DNA of 63,823 nt, filler included, from Collodictyon triciliatum (lineage: Eukaryota): the NCBI GenBank assembly GCA_043381765.1. It is 15 parts of 15 records of this genome, joined end to end, with 100 filler letters (N's around TTAATTAATTAA, not from the genome) between each part and the next. Parts side by side here need not be neighbours in the genome. Positions count along the whole stretch, not along the records: positions 9,388 to 13,974 come from JBHJMP010005947.1; positions 14,075 to 18,661 come from JBHJMP010005948.1; positions 18,762 to 23,346 come from JBHJMP010005949.1; 12 more parts are not named here. One strand, written 5' to 3'. The notes below the pieces were generated by a model. The model had not been told where the DNA came from and made no database searches. It saw nothing but the letters and a program-made list of their open reading frames with translations. Below are positions 10,808 through 22,164 of the stretch, piece after piece. Every line of letters starts with the position of its first letter. The first letter of the stretch is position 1. The position numbers and the translations under genes are program-made.

Positions 10808-13340
10808 ATGACAGATCGAAGAGCGCAACTGAAAGAGCTCAAGAGAATAAGCCCGCTTTACGAACCAAAGGGCTTTTTCGACTTTTTTGAAAAATACACT
10901 CGGCTAGTTCTCGAGAACAAAAAACTGACGTCTGTGCCTGTGGGGATTTTTGAGTTGAATCGACTGATTGAACTCAATATATCCAATAACCAATTCCCAT
11001 CACTGCACGGTGAAGTTTCTAGGCTAAGTCGGATTCAAGTGTTGAATATTTCGTATAATCAGTTGTTACAGTTACCGGATGAAATCTCATTGCTAATAAA
11101 ACTTACGGTTCTTGATGTTACTTACAATAAGCTTCAAAGTCTACCCGATAGGATATCCAGGTTTTTGCAGTTGTGCAGTCTCAATGCGTGCTACAACCAG
11201 CTCTCGACTTTGCCAAATGGACTATCAGCCCTGAAAACACTCAGTATGTTGGACATATCGAATAATAGGATATCAATGTTACCAGAAGAAGTCTCTGGAC
11301 TCCTGAAGCTGACCTTTTTGAACACCAGCAACAATGAAATTGTATCTCTGCCGGGTGGTATATCCTTTTTGTCATGCCTTGAATATCTGAATGTTTCACA
11401 CAACATGATTTCTTCAGTTCCTGTCCAGGTGTCAGCGCTTACCAGCCTCAAAAAACTTCACATTTCTGGGCTCAAACTTGCAGATTTGCCACTTGAAACA
11501 TTATCCATTATCGGTCTTTTGGAGCTTCATGCTTCAGTGAATAAGCTCCCCTCTCTACCCAATCAAGTATCGATGCTGACCTGTCTAACAAAACTGAATC
11601 TGAGAAACAACCTCATCTCGTTACTCCCAAAAGAGATATTCAACCTAAAAAACCTCATGTCGCTCGACCTTGGAAAGAATCAACTCCCATGCCTGCCTGA
11701 TGAAATCAAGGGCTTGGTTGCGCTCAGAGAACTCTGGATTTTCGACAATACGGTATGCATAAGGAGGCAATATATTTCCTTGCAGTTTCATAGTTTGAAG
11801 CTGAAAAAAAACTTTTATTATTAATTGGAGCAGATGCAAGAGCTTCCACAAGAAATAACAGCGCTAGCGAACCTCATGGAGCTCTATGTCAACAGCGGAG
11901 ATTTAAAAATCAAACGAGCGCCTCGCGGAATCACAGCTCTGCCATGTTGGAGAAACTACACCGACAACTGGAACGGTCTCTCAGTTTCTAGTGCTCTTAA
12001 GAAACTTCAGCTGTATGACTCGGTAATTCATAAAAAAAGTTTTTATCAAGATTACCACTCTTGACAGTCGAAGCTGGTTTAACACATAACATGCATAGGT
12101 CGACGTAAGGTCGTTGCCGTAGGAGGGTAAAAGAAAGATGAATTTGATTTTATAATTCAGAAGAAATGAATGAAAATAACGTGAATTATTAAAATAAAAA
12201 AGTGTTTCATCATCAATTCATTACTAAAAACCGTGATATCTCATGTATTTGTAAAAAGAAAAAAGAGATAGATATAAAATTCGTAAAACTCTAGGCGGTC
12301 GTCTTATCAAGAGTGGAGCATATGCCGATGTTGTCTCTAAAGACTTTGAAGCAAAAGATAATGTTATTGGAAAGGGAAAAGTCGGGCTCCTTTTCAAAGT
12401 GGAACTTCAGGCTGGAGTATTCGCAGTAGAATATATTTCAAAAATAAAATCGCACACAGCAACCGACGCCTCTGAACTCGAGAAAGAAGGTAGCCAAAGT
12501 ATGAAACAGAAGCATCCAAATATCATATCTCTGGTCGACTATGGCTTCCATGGGCAAGAGATTTTCTTCATCACAGAATATGCCGATGGAGGTGACCTTT
12601 GTTCTCTCATCAGATCGAACAAAGCCCTGAGTAATGAAGCTGCCATGACCTACGGTCATCAAATCATCCAGGGCATACGATATCTTCATTCTCAAACCCC
12701 ACCCATCCAACACTGTGAGCTGAGGACAGAAAACATCCTACTTGTAAACGGTGTTGCGAAACTTAAAAGTCCTCGGTTCTCGAAAAGCTCCACTTTCAAA
12801 GGCTCCAAAAAATGGTCTCCACCAGAGGCATTCGAGTCATGGAAAAACACTGGGCTGCCTGCGGATCTGTACTCTTTCGGTCTGATTGTATGGTCGATGC
12901 TGACTGGCGAATACCCGTACGAAAACAAGCTTGCTGCTGAGATAGCCGTGATTGTTTCAAACGGGGTTTTACCCGCCCTGCCACACACATGCCCGGCAGG
13001 CCTAACGCACTTGATTCACAGGTGTTGGGAGAGAAACCCGCTCAAGAGAATCGATGCCCCGTCGGCTGAATCGAAGCTTCGCGATATGGTTAGTAATCCT
13101 ATGACGCCTGTGACTTTTCCGACCAAGCGTGTGAAGGAGATGAAGAATGAGGAATTAGTCACGTATCTCGAAGGCAAAGATGCACCGTCGTCCTTTCTGT
13201 CGGCCATTAGGGAGAAGGCAATCAAAGGAGACGCCTTTCTTGCACTGACAGAGGACAATCTGCTCGCGGCTCCTTTCAAGCTGAAGGAAGCCAGCGTTGC
13301 GAGTATTCTGAGCCTCATTGAGGAAGCCAGACGTGCCTGA
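10808..13340 (+). CDS. LRR (about 13-14 repeats) + TKL-like pseudokinase + C-terminal SAM-like domain
   Basis: Exons 10808-11752 and 11834-12022 encode LxxLxLSxNxLxxLP repeats. Exon 12295-13340 has a kinase fold (IGKGKVG, HPNII, TEYADGGDL, WSPPE, DLYSFG, CWxxxPxxR) with degenerate catalytic motifs. The tail IREKAIKGDAFLALTEDNL is SAM-like. The junction at 12023-12294 is unresolved. Confidence 0.8.
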
Positions 13341-13612
13341 GCATTTCCTCCGCAAAGTCTTCCTCGATGCCTGCCTTTTGCTGCTTCTTTCGAAATGAAG
13401 TCGTCTCCAAAAGAAAATAAAAATAAAAGGGAAAAAAAATAAAAGGAATAAAATCTCTTAAAAATGGAAGAATACCGACAACAACAACAAAAAAAACCTC
13501 GCCAAATTCACGACAGATAAATGAAAAAAATGACAAGAAAAGAACAGAAAAACTAACTGACTCACGTGATGAGGAAGCAGAGGCTGCAGCCAGCGGAGAC
13601 GGCAACAGAAGA

Positions 13613-13831
13613 ATGAGTAAGTGGGTTTAGCCGTTCTGTGGCTGCTTCTTTCTCTGGTTTTTTTTTTTTGGTGGCGACGCTCACGCAAAGCCAACCAGGT
13701 CAACCAAGCACGCTGGAGAAAAGAATGTCACTGATTCGGCACAAGATCCTCGTTCTGTCTGGAAAGGGCGGCGTGGGCAAAAGCACGGTCTCAGCCCAAC
13801 TCGCTCTCGCATTAGCGGCTGCCAAGCACAA
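13613..13831 (+). CDS. NUBP2: Cytosolic Fe-S assembly P-loop NTPase (Mrp/Nbp35 family, Cfd1/NUBP2-like), 5' fragment
   Basis: [27 protein letters not shown] contains the deviant Walker A motif. Probable first exon ATGA|gtaagt spliced to ccag|GTCAACC. No N-terminal Cys cluster of Nbp35 is visible. Truncated by the scaffold end. Confidence 0.75.
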
Positions 13832-14074
13832 GGTCTTTACTTAATACATTCATTTATTTTCATTTATTTTATACATTCATTCATTTTCATTCATTTTCAT
13901 TCATTTTCATTCATTTTCATTCATTTTCATTCATTTTCATTCATTTTCATTCATTTTCATTCATTTTCATTCATNNNNNNNNNNNNNNNNNNNNNNNNNN
14001 NNNNNNNNNNNNNNNNNNTTAATTAATTAANNNNNNNNNNNNNNNNNNNNNNNNNNNNNNNNNNNNNNNNNNNN

Positions 14075-14126
<52 letters not shown>

Positions 14127-14385
14127 AAATGAACCTCATAAACGGCTCGACACAGTAGCCAACCAGAAAGAGCGTCAAACCATGCACACACGAGTTACTG
14201 TAGTTGCGGAAAGGCCAACCACGCAGTCTTTTTTTCCCTTTATTTATTTATTTATTTATTTTAGTTCTTGAATATATATACTGAGTATGTCTTCGTTTCT
14301 TTGCCTTTCCGTCCTCTTCTTTTCCTTAATTACTCAAGATGGTCCTTTGCTTTGTTGAAGGGGCAGCATTTTCAAAGTCGCCCAG

Positions 14386-17300
14386 ATGATCAGCCTTCCA
14401 AAGTTGCACTCAAAGGCGTGTCTGTTCGTGGGTGCTGTGCTCTTTGGCCTTTGCCGCGCCTTCTATCTTCCCGGCGTGGCCCCGGTCGATTACGCTGAGG
14501 GCGAACCCGTGGAGCTGAAGGCAAACAAACTGACGTCTGTGATTACACAGCTCCCGTACGAGTACTATTCTCTTCCTTTCTGCAGGCCTACGCGCGTCGT
14601 GGAGACGACCGAGAATCTAGGCGAAGTCCTTACAGGCGACCGCATTGTTAACACAGACTACAAGGTATATCATCACATCTTCCACGATTTTTTAGCCAAT
14701 TCATTATCTATTGTACTTGTGTTTGCTCTCTACCATTTGGACCTCTCTTGCCCCCTCGTTGTACAGCTTCACCCTCTTGCACTTTGAATCGAATAGAGAA
14801 AGAAGAAAAAGAATTAAAAGAAGCTAAACTTCATATATATATATTCATATATTTATGTTGGTAATACGAGGGAAATGTTTCAACAACATGAAACCAACAT
14901 GTAGATTCTCATGGCTAAAAGCGAGGAATGTCGGGTATTGTGCCACAAAAAATATTCAAAGAATGAGATAAAGATGTTCATTCAGTACATTAAGAATCAA
15001 TATAGAGTGAATTGGTATAAACATTTATCGAGTTTCCTGTACGAATTCGTTAACTGCTCCTCATTTTGAAGAGTTGATGCCATTATGATTATGTATATAA
15101 TATATATCCCCATCCAAATAATTGCTTTAGTTATATGTAATGCCTCAGTAAGCAAAACTCTGCCACTAGGATTTTAGATAATCTCCCAGCAGCTACACCG
15201 AAATATAGAGCTAGTTCAGAATCGAATGATCAAATCAAAACATATGAGCTAGGGTTTGCCCTTGGGGACCGAGCTGAGGTATTAAACAGCGCTTCAAAGG
15301 AAGATGTATGTAACTAGATACAAAAATAAAAATAAAGTCTGTTTCATACATTTAAGAGATATGCTATTCCAATTAATCGATTATTTTCAATATTTACATT
15401 CGACCTTGGAAAAATCCCCCCATAAAATTCCTTGAATACCTCAATAGGAGAATACACTTCAATATTACATTCACAACCACGTAAAAATGACAATATATTA
15501 TCACCGAGACGTACAAGATAAGGCTTTTTCTCGAGTAGTTGGTTTCGAGATTGAACCTCACAGCATCCAACACGATATACCTGATAATGGAGGCAAACCG
15601 AAAAGCTGTGGTAACCTAGGTGAAGGAGCTACAATGTTCCTAGATGAATCAGAACCGTTAACCATAGTGTGGACTTACGATACTGAATGGAAGGTTGATT
15701 AGATGGATAATCAGCTAATTTAAATTGTCTCCTTTTTTCTTTTGCGTGTTTTACAATCTCAAGCATCAATGATTGGCAGATATAATAGTTTTTTTCTTGG
15801 AAAAATTATTTGATATTATGAATATTTGATTACTATAGGAATCTGACATCAAGTGGGCTTATCGATGGGATGTATATTTGTTCATTACTGATGGTCAAGT
15901 ACACTGGATATCAATTATAAACTCGCTGTTTGTGGTAGTATTCCTAACTGGCATGATTGCCTTGATTATAATCAAGAACTTACGCCAAGTATGATTCTTT
16001 ATCACAGTCACCCTTTCTTTTTTTTTTCTGTCTATATGCCTATTTTATTGGTACAATAATGATATAAAAACGATAGGACATAATGAGATACGCAGAGCTT
16101 GAAAGATCTGATCAGCAAACTGACGAAAGTGGCTGGAAGCCTATTTGTGGAGATGTTTTTAGGCCTCCAAAAGATCGCTTGTGGTTGCCTGTTCTCGTAG
16201 GGTCAGGATCCCAACTATTGGCTATGGCTGTTGTCTCTCTAGGTAAACCGAAAGTCAAAATAAGAAGAAATGCATCGGTAAATATTTACTGAATGTATTA
16301 TGTCTTGAGAGCAACTAGATGCTGAATATGTTTTTTCCCTTATTTAATTCTTTGCAAATATTCGTACAATTGTACAAAAAAAAAAAAAAAAACAACGATT
16401 AAGCCCAAACATTTATCAGGATTTGGCGTTTTTGGATTCCTGTCGCCAGCCAATAGGGGCGCGCTACTTACATCTATGCTTGTTATATTCGTATTCATGG
16501 GGTATGTTAAGTGTCTACATATTTTGGACATATGTTACAAACCTTCAACTAAAATATGCAGCCAAATAAGCTCATTAGATTACCTTGCCTTTTTTTTTAA
16601 TGCCTTTCTTTCAGTATCACATGACATAAATGCGGCTCTCGCAAACAAGTTTATTGAATAGAATTCATCAAGATGGTCGTTCTTCTTTTTCTTTCCGTTT
16701 TCTCTTTTTCTCATCTGCTTTCTCTTTCTTTTCTTTTTCTTTTCTTTTTTCTTTTCTTTTTTTCTTTTCTTTTCTTTTTTCTTTTTTCTTTTTTCTTTTC
16801 TTTTTTCTTTTCTTTTTTCTTTTCTTTTTTCTTTTCTTTTTTCTTTTTTTTTTTCTTTTCTTTTTTTCTTTTCTTTTTTCTTTTCTTTTTTTCTTTTCTT
16901 TTTTCTTTTCTTTTTTCTTTTCTTTTTTCTTTTCTTTTTTCTTTTCTTTTTTCTTTTCTTTTTTCTTTTCTTTTTTCTTTTCTTTTTTCTTTTCTTCTGC
17001 TTTGATCAAAAATATTCATAGCCTCCTAGCTGGATATGTGGCTTCAAGAATTTACAAAATGATACAAGGACCATCTTGGAAACAATGCACAATTACTACC
17101 GCAGTGTTTGCTCCTGGCATCATTTTTTCCATTTTCTTCGTTATCAATTTCTTTATTTGGGGAAAAAAATCTTCAGGGGCGGTTCCTTTTACCACGCTGA
17201 TTGCCCTTCTGGCGTTGTGGTTTGGTATTTCCGTTCCCCTTGTGTTTATCGGCAGTTACTTTGGGTATATGAAAGCCGATATCCGGCATCCATGCCGCAC

Positions 17301-18112
17301 CTACCAGATTCCTCGACCAATACCAGAGAGGCCATGGTACATGAAGCCCTGGCTGGTTTATCTTCTTGGTGGGGTTTTGCCTTTTGGTGCTGTCGTCATC
17401 GAGCTTTCGTTCATACTTTCATCCATCTGGTTGCACCATTTTTATTACGTCTTTGGATTTCTCTTCCTCGTCCTTGTAATCATGGCGATTACATCGGGCG
17501 AGGTTGCTATCGTTCTTTGCTATGTGCATCTATGTCATGAGGTAAACCACACATTGTCTATCTATATCTTTTTCTATCACTTCTTTCTTTCTTTCTATCA
17601 CTTCTTTTCTTTTCTTTTCTTTTCTTTTCTTTTCTTTTCTTTTCTTTTCTTTTCTTTTCTTTTCTTTTCTTTTCTTTTCTTTTCTTTTCTTTTCTTTTCT
17701 TTTCTTTTCTTTCTTATGTGTTTCGCGATATGTATATCTGTGTGTAACCATACACTCAACCTCCTTCCATACGTGTCAATAAATTTACCGACAACAATTT
17801 GATGTATTCAATACCACGTTAATGGTTTTCTCTTCTTTTTTCTTTTTTCTTTATGTATATACCAAATATCAGGACTATGAATGGTGGTGGCTGTCATTCT
17901 TGGCTCCAGGCGCGTCTGCTGTCTATGTTTTTCTCTACTCTATTTACTACTTCATAGCCAAACTCGAAATCCACTCTCTTGTTTCAGGCCTCCTCTTCTT
18001 CGGCTACAGCGGAATCATGTCCTTTGTGATATTCCTCATGACTGGGACAATCGGATTCATTTCCTGTCTCAATTTCCTTCACAGGATATACTCCTCCATC
18101 AAAGTAGACTGA
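14386..18112 (+). CDS. TM9SF4: Transmembrane 9 superfamily protein (TM9SF2/4, EMP70-like), complete, about 9 exons
   Basis: Signal peptide, then [100 protein letters not shown] and DYEWWW, ending in the KxD motif YSSIKVD. Confidence 0.95.
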
Positions 18113-18557
18113 TAAAGTGGTGAAGCAACAGCACCCTCACCAGAAGAAAATAAACTTGCATCATTGTTTTGTTTATTTATTTGCCGACACGGTCTTGTTA
18201 GTTGTACATGTTTATTCTCGCTACTATTTGCAATAAAGGCTGCCAAAGCACCCTTTTATCTTTCGTTTCTGTTACTTTGAATCGAATAAAGGAAAAAAAA
18301 ATCTTTCGTTTCTGTTTGTCAAATAGATGTGCATACTTGTTTGTTGTCTTCTTTGACACTCGCCTCGCGGCTCATGGTCAGAACTTCATATCCGCGGCCG
18401 GGTCGGGCTTTGGAATAAACCCTGCCGAAAACAATCAGCACACCGAAATAAGAATGATCCCACCTTCAAGTATTGAACATGTTTACAGCCCGCGGCGCTC
18501 TGGGCACTTTGAGGCAGAAGCGGCGGTCGTGTAAGGGCGGCGACGGACGCTAACTTT

Positions 18558-18661
<104 letters not shown>

Positions 18662-18939
18662 NNNNNNNNNNNNNNNNNNNNNNNNNNNNNNNNNNNNNNN
18701 NNNNNTTAATTAATTAANNNNNNNNNNNNNNNNNNNNNNNNNNNNNNNNNNNNNNNNNNNNAGCTGGAAGGCATTACTCAATAAGCTCTTTTGCGCTCCT
18801 TCTCCAGAATTGGAATGCGTTTGGTCATTGTGGGTGTTTCTCTAATTGTGGAATACATGGCGATTTTATGTCTTCAGGTATTCCTGGGCACTATGTCATA
18901 TACATATCAGTTGTTCTAACCATATAAAATCAGCTATAG

Positions 18940-19341
18940 GAAATGGGTGATGTTAAGAAGAGAAGCATGGCACTCACCGCGCAACAATTGCGTCCAGACG
19001 CGAAGACATTCTGGGCTGACGCGAGGCCATTTGCTATGGACTATGTGGGTGGATGCATATACTCACGCAAAGCAAGATTCAACAACCAGCCACTCACTCC
19101 TGATTTTTTTTTTCCTTTATTCGATTCAAAGTAGCCACTCACTCATGTTAATAGGCTGGATGACATCATACAAATATCTTTCCTCAACAGCTTCCTTCGC
19201 CACCCGCATATTATCTATTACCCAGACCCTGTAAGAAGAGACATGTGGAAAGAGGCTAAGAAAGACGTTAAACCTCGCCTTGTATCTCTCATGCAAGCAC
19301 AAGACCAGGCTACAGGCCAAAGCGCAGGATGCAATTACTGA
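18940..19341 (+). CDS. 3' exons of an unidentified gene (tentative)
   Basis: AG/GT-flanked segments EMGDVKKRSMALTAQQLRPDAKTFWADARPFAMDY and LDDIIQISFLNSFLRHPHIIYYPDP...CNY*. No family recognised. Confidence 0.3.
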
Positions 19342-19779
19342 TTATCGACTTCTCCGCCACCCAACCACCCAAGTAGCGTCCGTGCAAACGATGATTAGCG
19401 AATTAAAACCAAAACCTCCGCCATCTTGCACAAAATTGAATGGAATATTAAATAAATAAATTAAAATGGTATGAAGAGATGCATGGCATCTAATACGCAA
19501 CATCCACATCAAGGGACGTTTCGTGGCTTTACAAACGATGCATGTTTTCAAATAGGAAGGGGTTCACGAAGGGCTGAATCTCAAGCACTCTATAATAGAC
19601 CGCTGGTGCAACCATTCATCGTGGGTTTATGTGTATTTTGTNNNNNNNNNNNNNNNNNNNNNNNNNNNNNNNNNNNNNNNNNNNNNNNNNNNNNNNNNNN
19701 NNNNNNNNNNNNNNNNNNNNNNNNNNCAGCGGGAGAAACTGCATTAACTGTGAGCGAGAGGCGACCGACAGAAAGAGCA

Positions 19780-20985
19780 CTAGCTGTCTCCAGGCAAGGG
19801 AGGGAGTGTGGTTGGATCGATCATGAAGGCCGAGAAATCATAAAATTGAGGAACTTCGGCAAAGTTGAGGAAATCCCCGATGTGGTTGGTCACAAGATGG
19901 CAGTCAGGCCCCGGAGCAGCATTTGGGTTGCTGTCTTCATTGTGCTTGAAAGCCAGGCATTCCTTGTTGGCAAAGTTGGCGTAGATGGAGAAGCGTCCCT
20001 GATCATGAGCCCAGCGAATAATCCATTGCTCCCAAATATCGTCACCTAGCTTCAGATATTGCTCATTGGTTTTAAGGTTATCCACCGTGGGTTTGAATCC
20101 TGTCACTAGTCGGTGCTCGCGGAACCAGGTGCGGAAATCACGCCACGGTCCAGGAAACATTACTTGTCCAGAGCTACCCATCAATTGATAAGCCACTGGC
20201 ATGTTCCAATTCAGGATGGGGAGGCTTCCTTGCGGCTGGATTGAGGATGGAATCGTATTCAACATCTGTAATGAGACTCCAAAAATGCGCCGAAGGATTG
20301 GGTGCGATGGGCGGCAATAGTGGCTTGTTGCTATTTTCAGCCAGCGATAGAAGTAGGGCGAGACCTCGACGTTGTCTTCCACAAACAAGGCATACTCGTG
20401 AGGACTTAATGGAGTCCATGCTTCGAGCCACTGTCCCAGCCGACCGACGTTGAAAATGCGTTCGTGTACTTTCTTTGTTCCGTGGGGCCATTTCAGCTCT
20501 TCAATTGTAGACATGGTCGCCTCGTGGAGAGGCCAAAGGGATTCGATTTTGGACGTATCACTCTTTTCCTTGTTGGTGAAGGTATCCATGTCGCGAGGAA
20601 GGTCCAAATAAATATCAACGTCGACAGAATCCCCTTGGTAATCTACAGCAGTCAAGGATTTAAAGAGGCGGACGAGCGCGTCGGGTCTCTTGCTAGCAAA
20701 GACTTTGATCTTCAGTCGGAAAAGGTTCAGATCCACATCAGACTGAGCTGTTAGTTTGTAATGTGTCGCTTCGATCAAGTCCTTTCTGGTTCGCGTTAGC
20801 TCCCGATTCAGATGTAGGTCGAATTCATAGTTTTCCTTGAAGTCAAGCTCTGGATCTAAAATTCCTGCGCCGTTGCTATTTACAAGGCCGCCGTCGGGTG
20901 CCTGCCTGTCTGCAAGGCAAAGGGTTGCGCTGAGTACAGCCCACAGCAGTAGAAGTAAGGGAAGGCCTTTGAAGCTGGCCTTCAT
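19780..20985 (-). CDS. Secretory-pathway GT-A fold (GT2-like) glycosyltransferase-like protein, intronless
   Basis: 401-aa ORF with an N-terminal hydrophobic signal. Motifs VFASKRPDALVRLFKSL..DY.GD, WPHGTK, GQWLEAW, ALFVEDNVEVSPYFYRWL and G..MFPGPWRDF match an uncharacterised GT2-like family seen in plants, fungi and protists. Confidence 0.75.
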   Translation of the reverse strand: MKASFKGLPLLLLLWAVLSATLCLADRQAPDGGLVNSNGAGILDPELDFKENYEFDLHLNRELTRTRKDLIEATHYKLTAQSDVDLNLFRLKIKVFASKRPDALVRLFKSLTAVDYQGDSVDVDIYLDLPRDMDTFTNKEKSDTSKIESLWPLHEATMSTIEELKWPHGTKKVHERIFNVGRLGQWLEAWTPLSPHEYALFVEDNVEVSPYFYRWLKIATSHYCRPSHPILRRIFGVSLQMLNTIPSSIQPQGSLPILNWNMPVAYQLMGSSGQVMFPGPWRDFRTWFREHRLVTGFKPTVDNLKTNEQYLKLGDDIWEQWIIRWAHDQGRFSIYANFANKECLAFKHNEDSNPNAAPGPDCHLVTNHIGDFLNFAEVPQFYDFSAFMIDPTTLPPLPGDS

Positions 20986-21954
20986 CGTGGTCTATGAACT
21001 ACGGTGAATAGGTCAGTAGTTGTCCGTTTTAGCCCCACGTGTGCTTGTCTGGCCCTTTCTTCAGCATAACGAGCGATGGGGTTGGTTTTTGATTACGCTT
21101 CAGCCCGTACGCTAACTAAACTTACACGAGCATACTTTGAATCGAAGATAGAATGTGGGAAAGAAAAACAACCTTTCACAGGCATAACTCAAACAAGATT
21201 ATTTGAAGGCGGAAAAGACTCGCTCTTTGGTTGCATCCACCAAGCACCAAATATTCAACAGAACACAGAAAGAAAGGAAAGAATACTTGGGGAAGGAGAA
21301 AAGATTGATATTGTGGGTGATCCTTCCGTTGTAGATTAGTGCCGATCACAGGGAAAAGCCTTGTGGCGCTCTGTTGCTCTCAAAGAAGAGGACGAAATGC
21401 AGGCAGGACTTCCTCTTGGTCTAGAGTCCTACAACCTCACCCAATGCACACTAACCAACGTGAACTAGAGGCTGCTCCATATATATTCCCGCGCCCATAC
21501 ACACACGTAGTATGTAACAGCGGAGAACAAGATCAAGGCAGACGTGGCCCATATGTTTTCAAACAGTGTGAATAGCATAGGGAGGGGTGGCACAGTCTCG
21601 CCTTACCTTGTGTTATTTTTCCTGTGGGGACATAACAACATAGCAGGTTGATTACAAGGGCATGGGCAGGCCTAGGTTTGCCACACAACAGGGAATCAGC
21701 TTCCCCAAGTCTACCGCGCCTGGCTGCTGGGTGCACTCTGTGCCTTTGACTTTGTTTGAATAGAACCAGTTTGGCCACGAGACAGTTTCGCTATGCCCGA
21801 GCCACGAACAAGAACCAAAANNNNNNNNNNNNNNNNNNNNNNNNNNNNNNNNNNNNNNNNNNNNNNNNNNNNNNNNNNNNNNNNNNNNNNNNNNNNNNNN
21901 NNNNNNNNNNNNNNNNCAAAGGGAAACTGGATATTCATTGAATATATACTAAAG

Positions 21955-22164
21955 TGGATTTATCCAAATGGGACAAACATGGCGCATTGGTAGGGAATTG
22001 TTGCTAGGGGGCGTAATGGACGAGAGAGCTTTCACATTTATTAACGAAGTAGTATATCAATCAAAAGATTGGTAAACATGGTCCGCTAGTATCCAAGTTC
22101 CCACCACTTTTTTTCACTATGGCCATGTAGTGGTGAAGACTGCCAGGAAAGACCCGACAGCCTA
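21955..22164 (-). ncRNA. Candidate Fanzor omegaRNA (fRNA) scaffold
   Basis: Starts right after the Fanzor stop. Hairpin GGCUGUCGGG-ucuuu-CCUGGCAGUC (22162-22138; 10 bp with 3 G-U pairs, forms fully only on the minus strand), stem CACCACU/AGUGGUG (22135-22102), and CAAUC-uuuu-GAUUG (22071-22058). Confidence 0.5.

Noticed and set aside
18392-18421. Possible last exon (GFIPKPDPAADMKF*) of a convergent minus-strand gene
   Set aside because: Too short and with no recognisable homology, so there is not enough support to annotate it.
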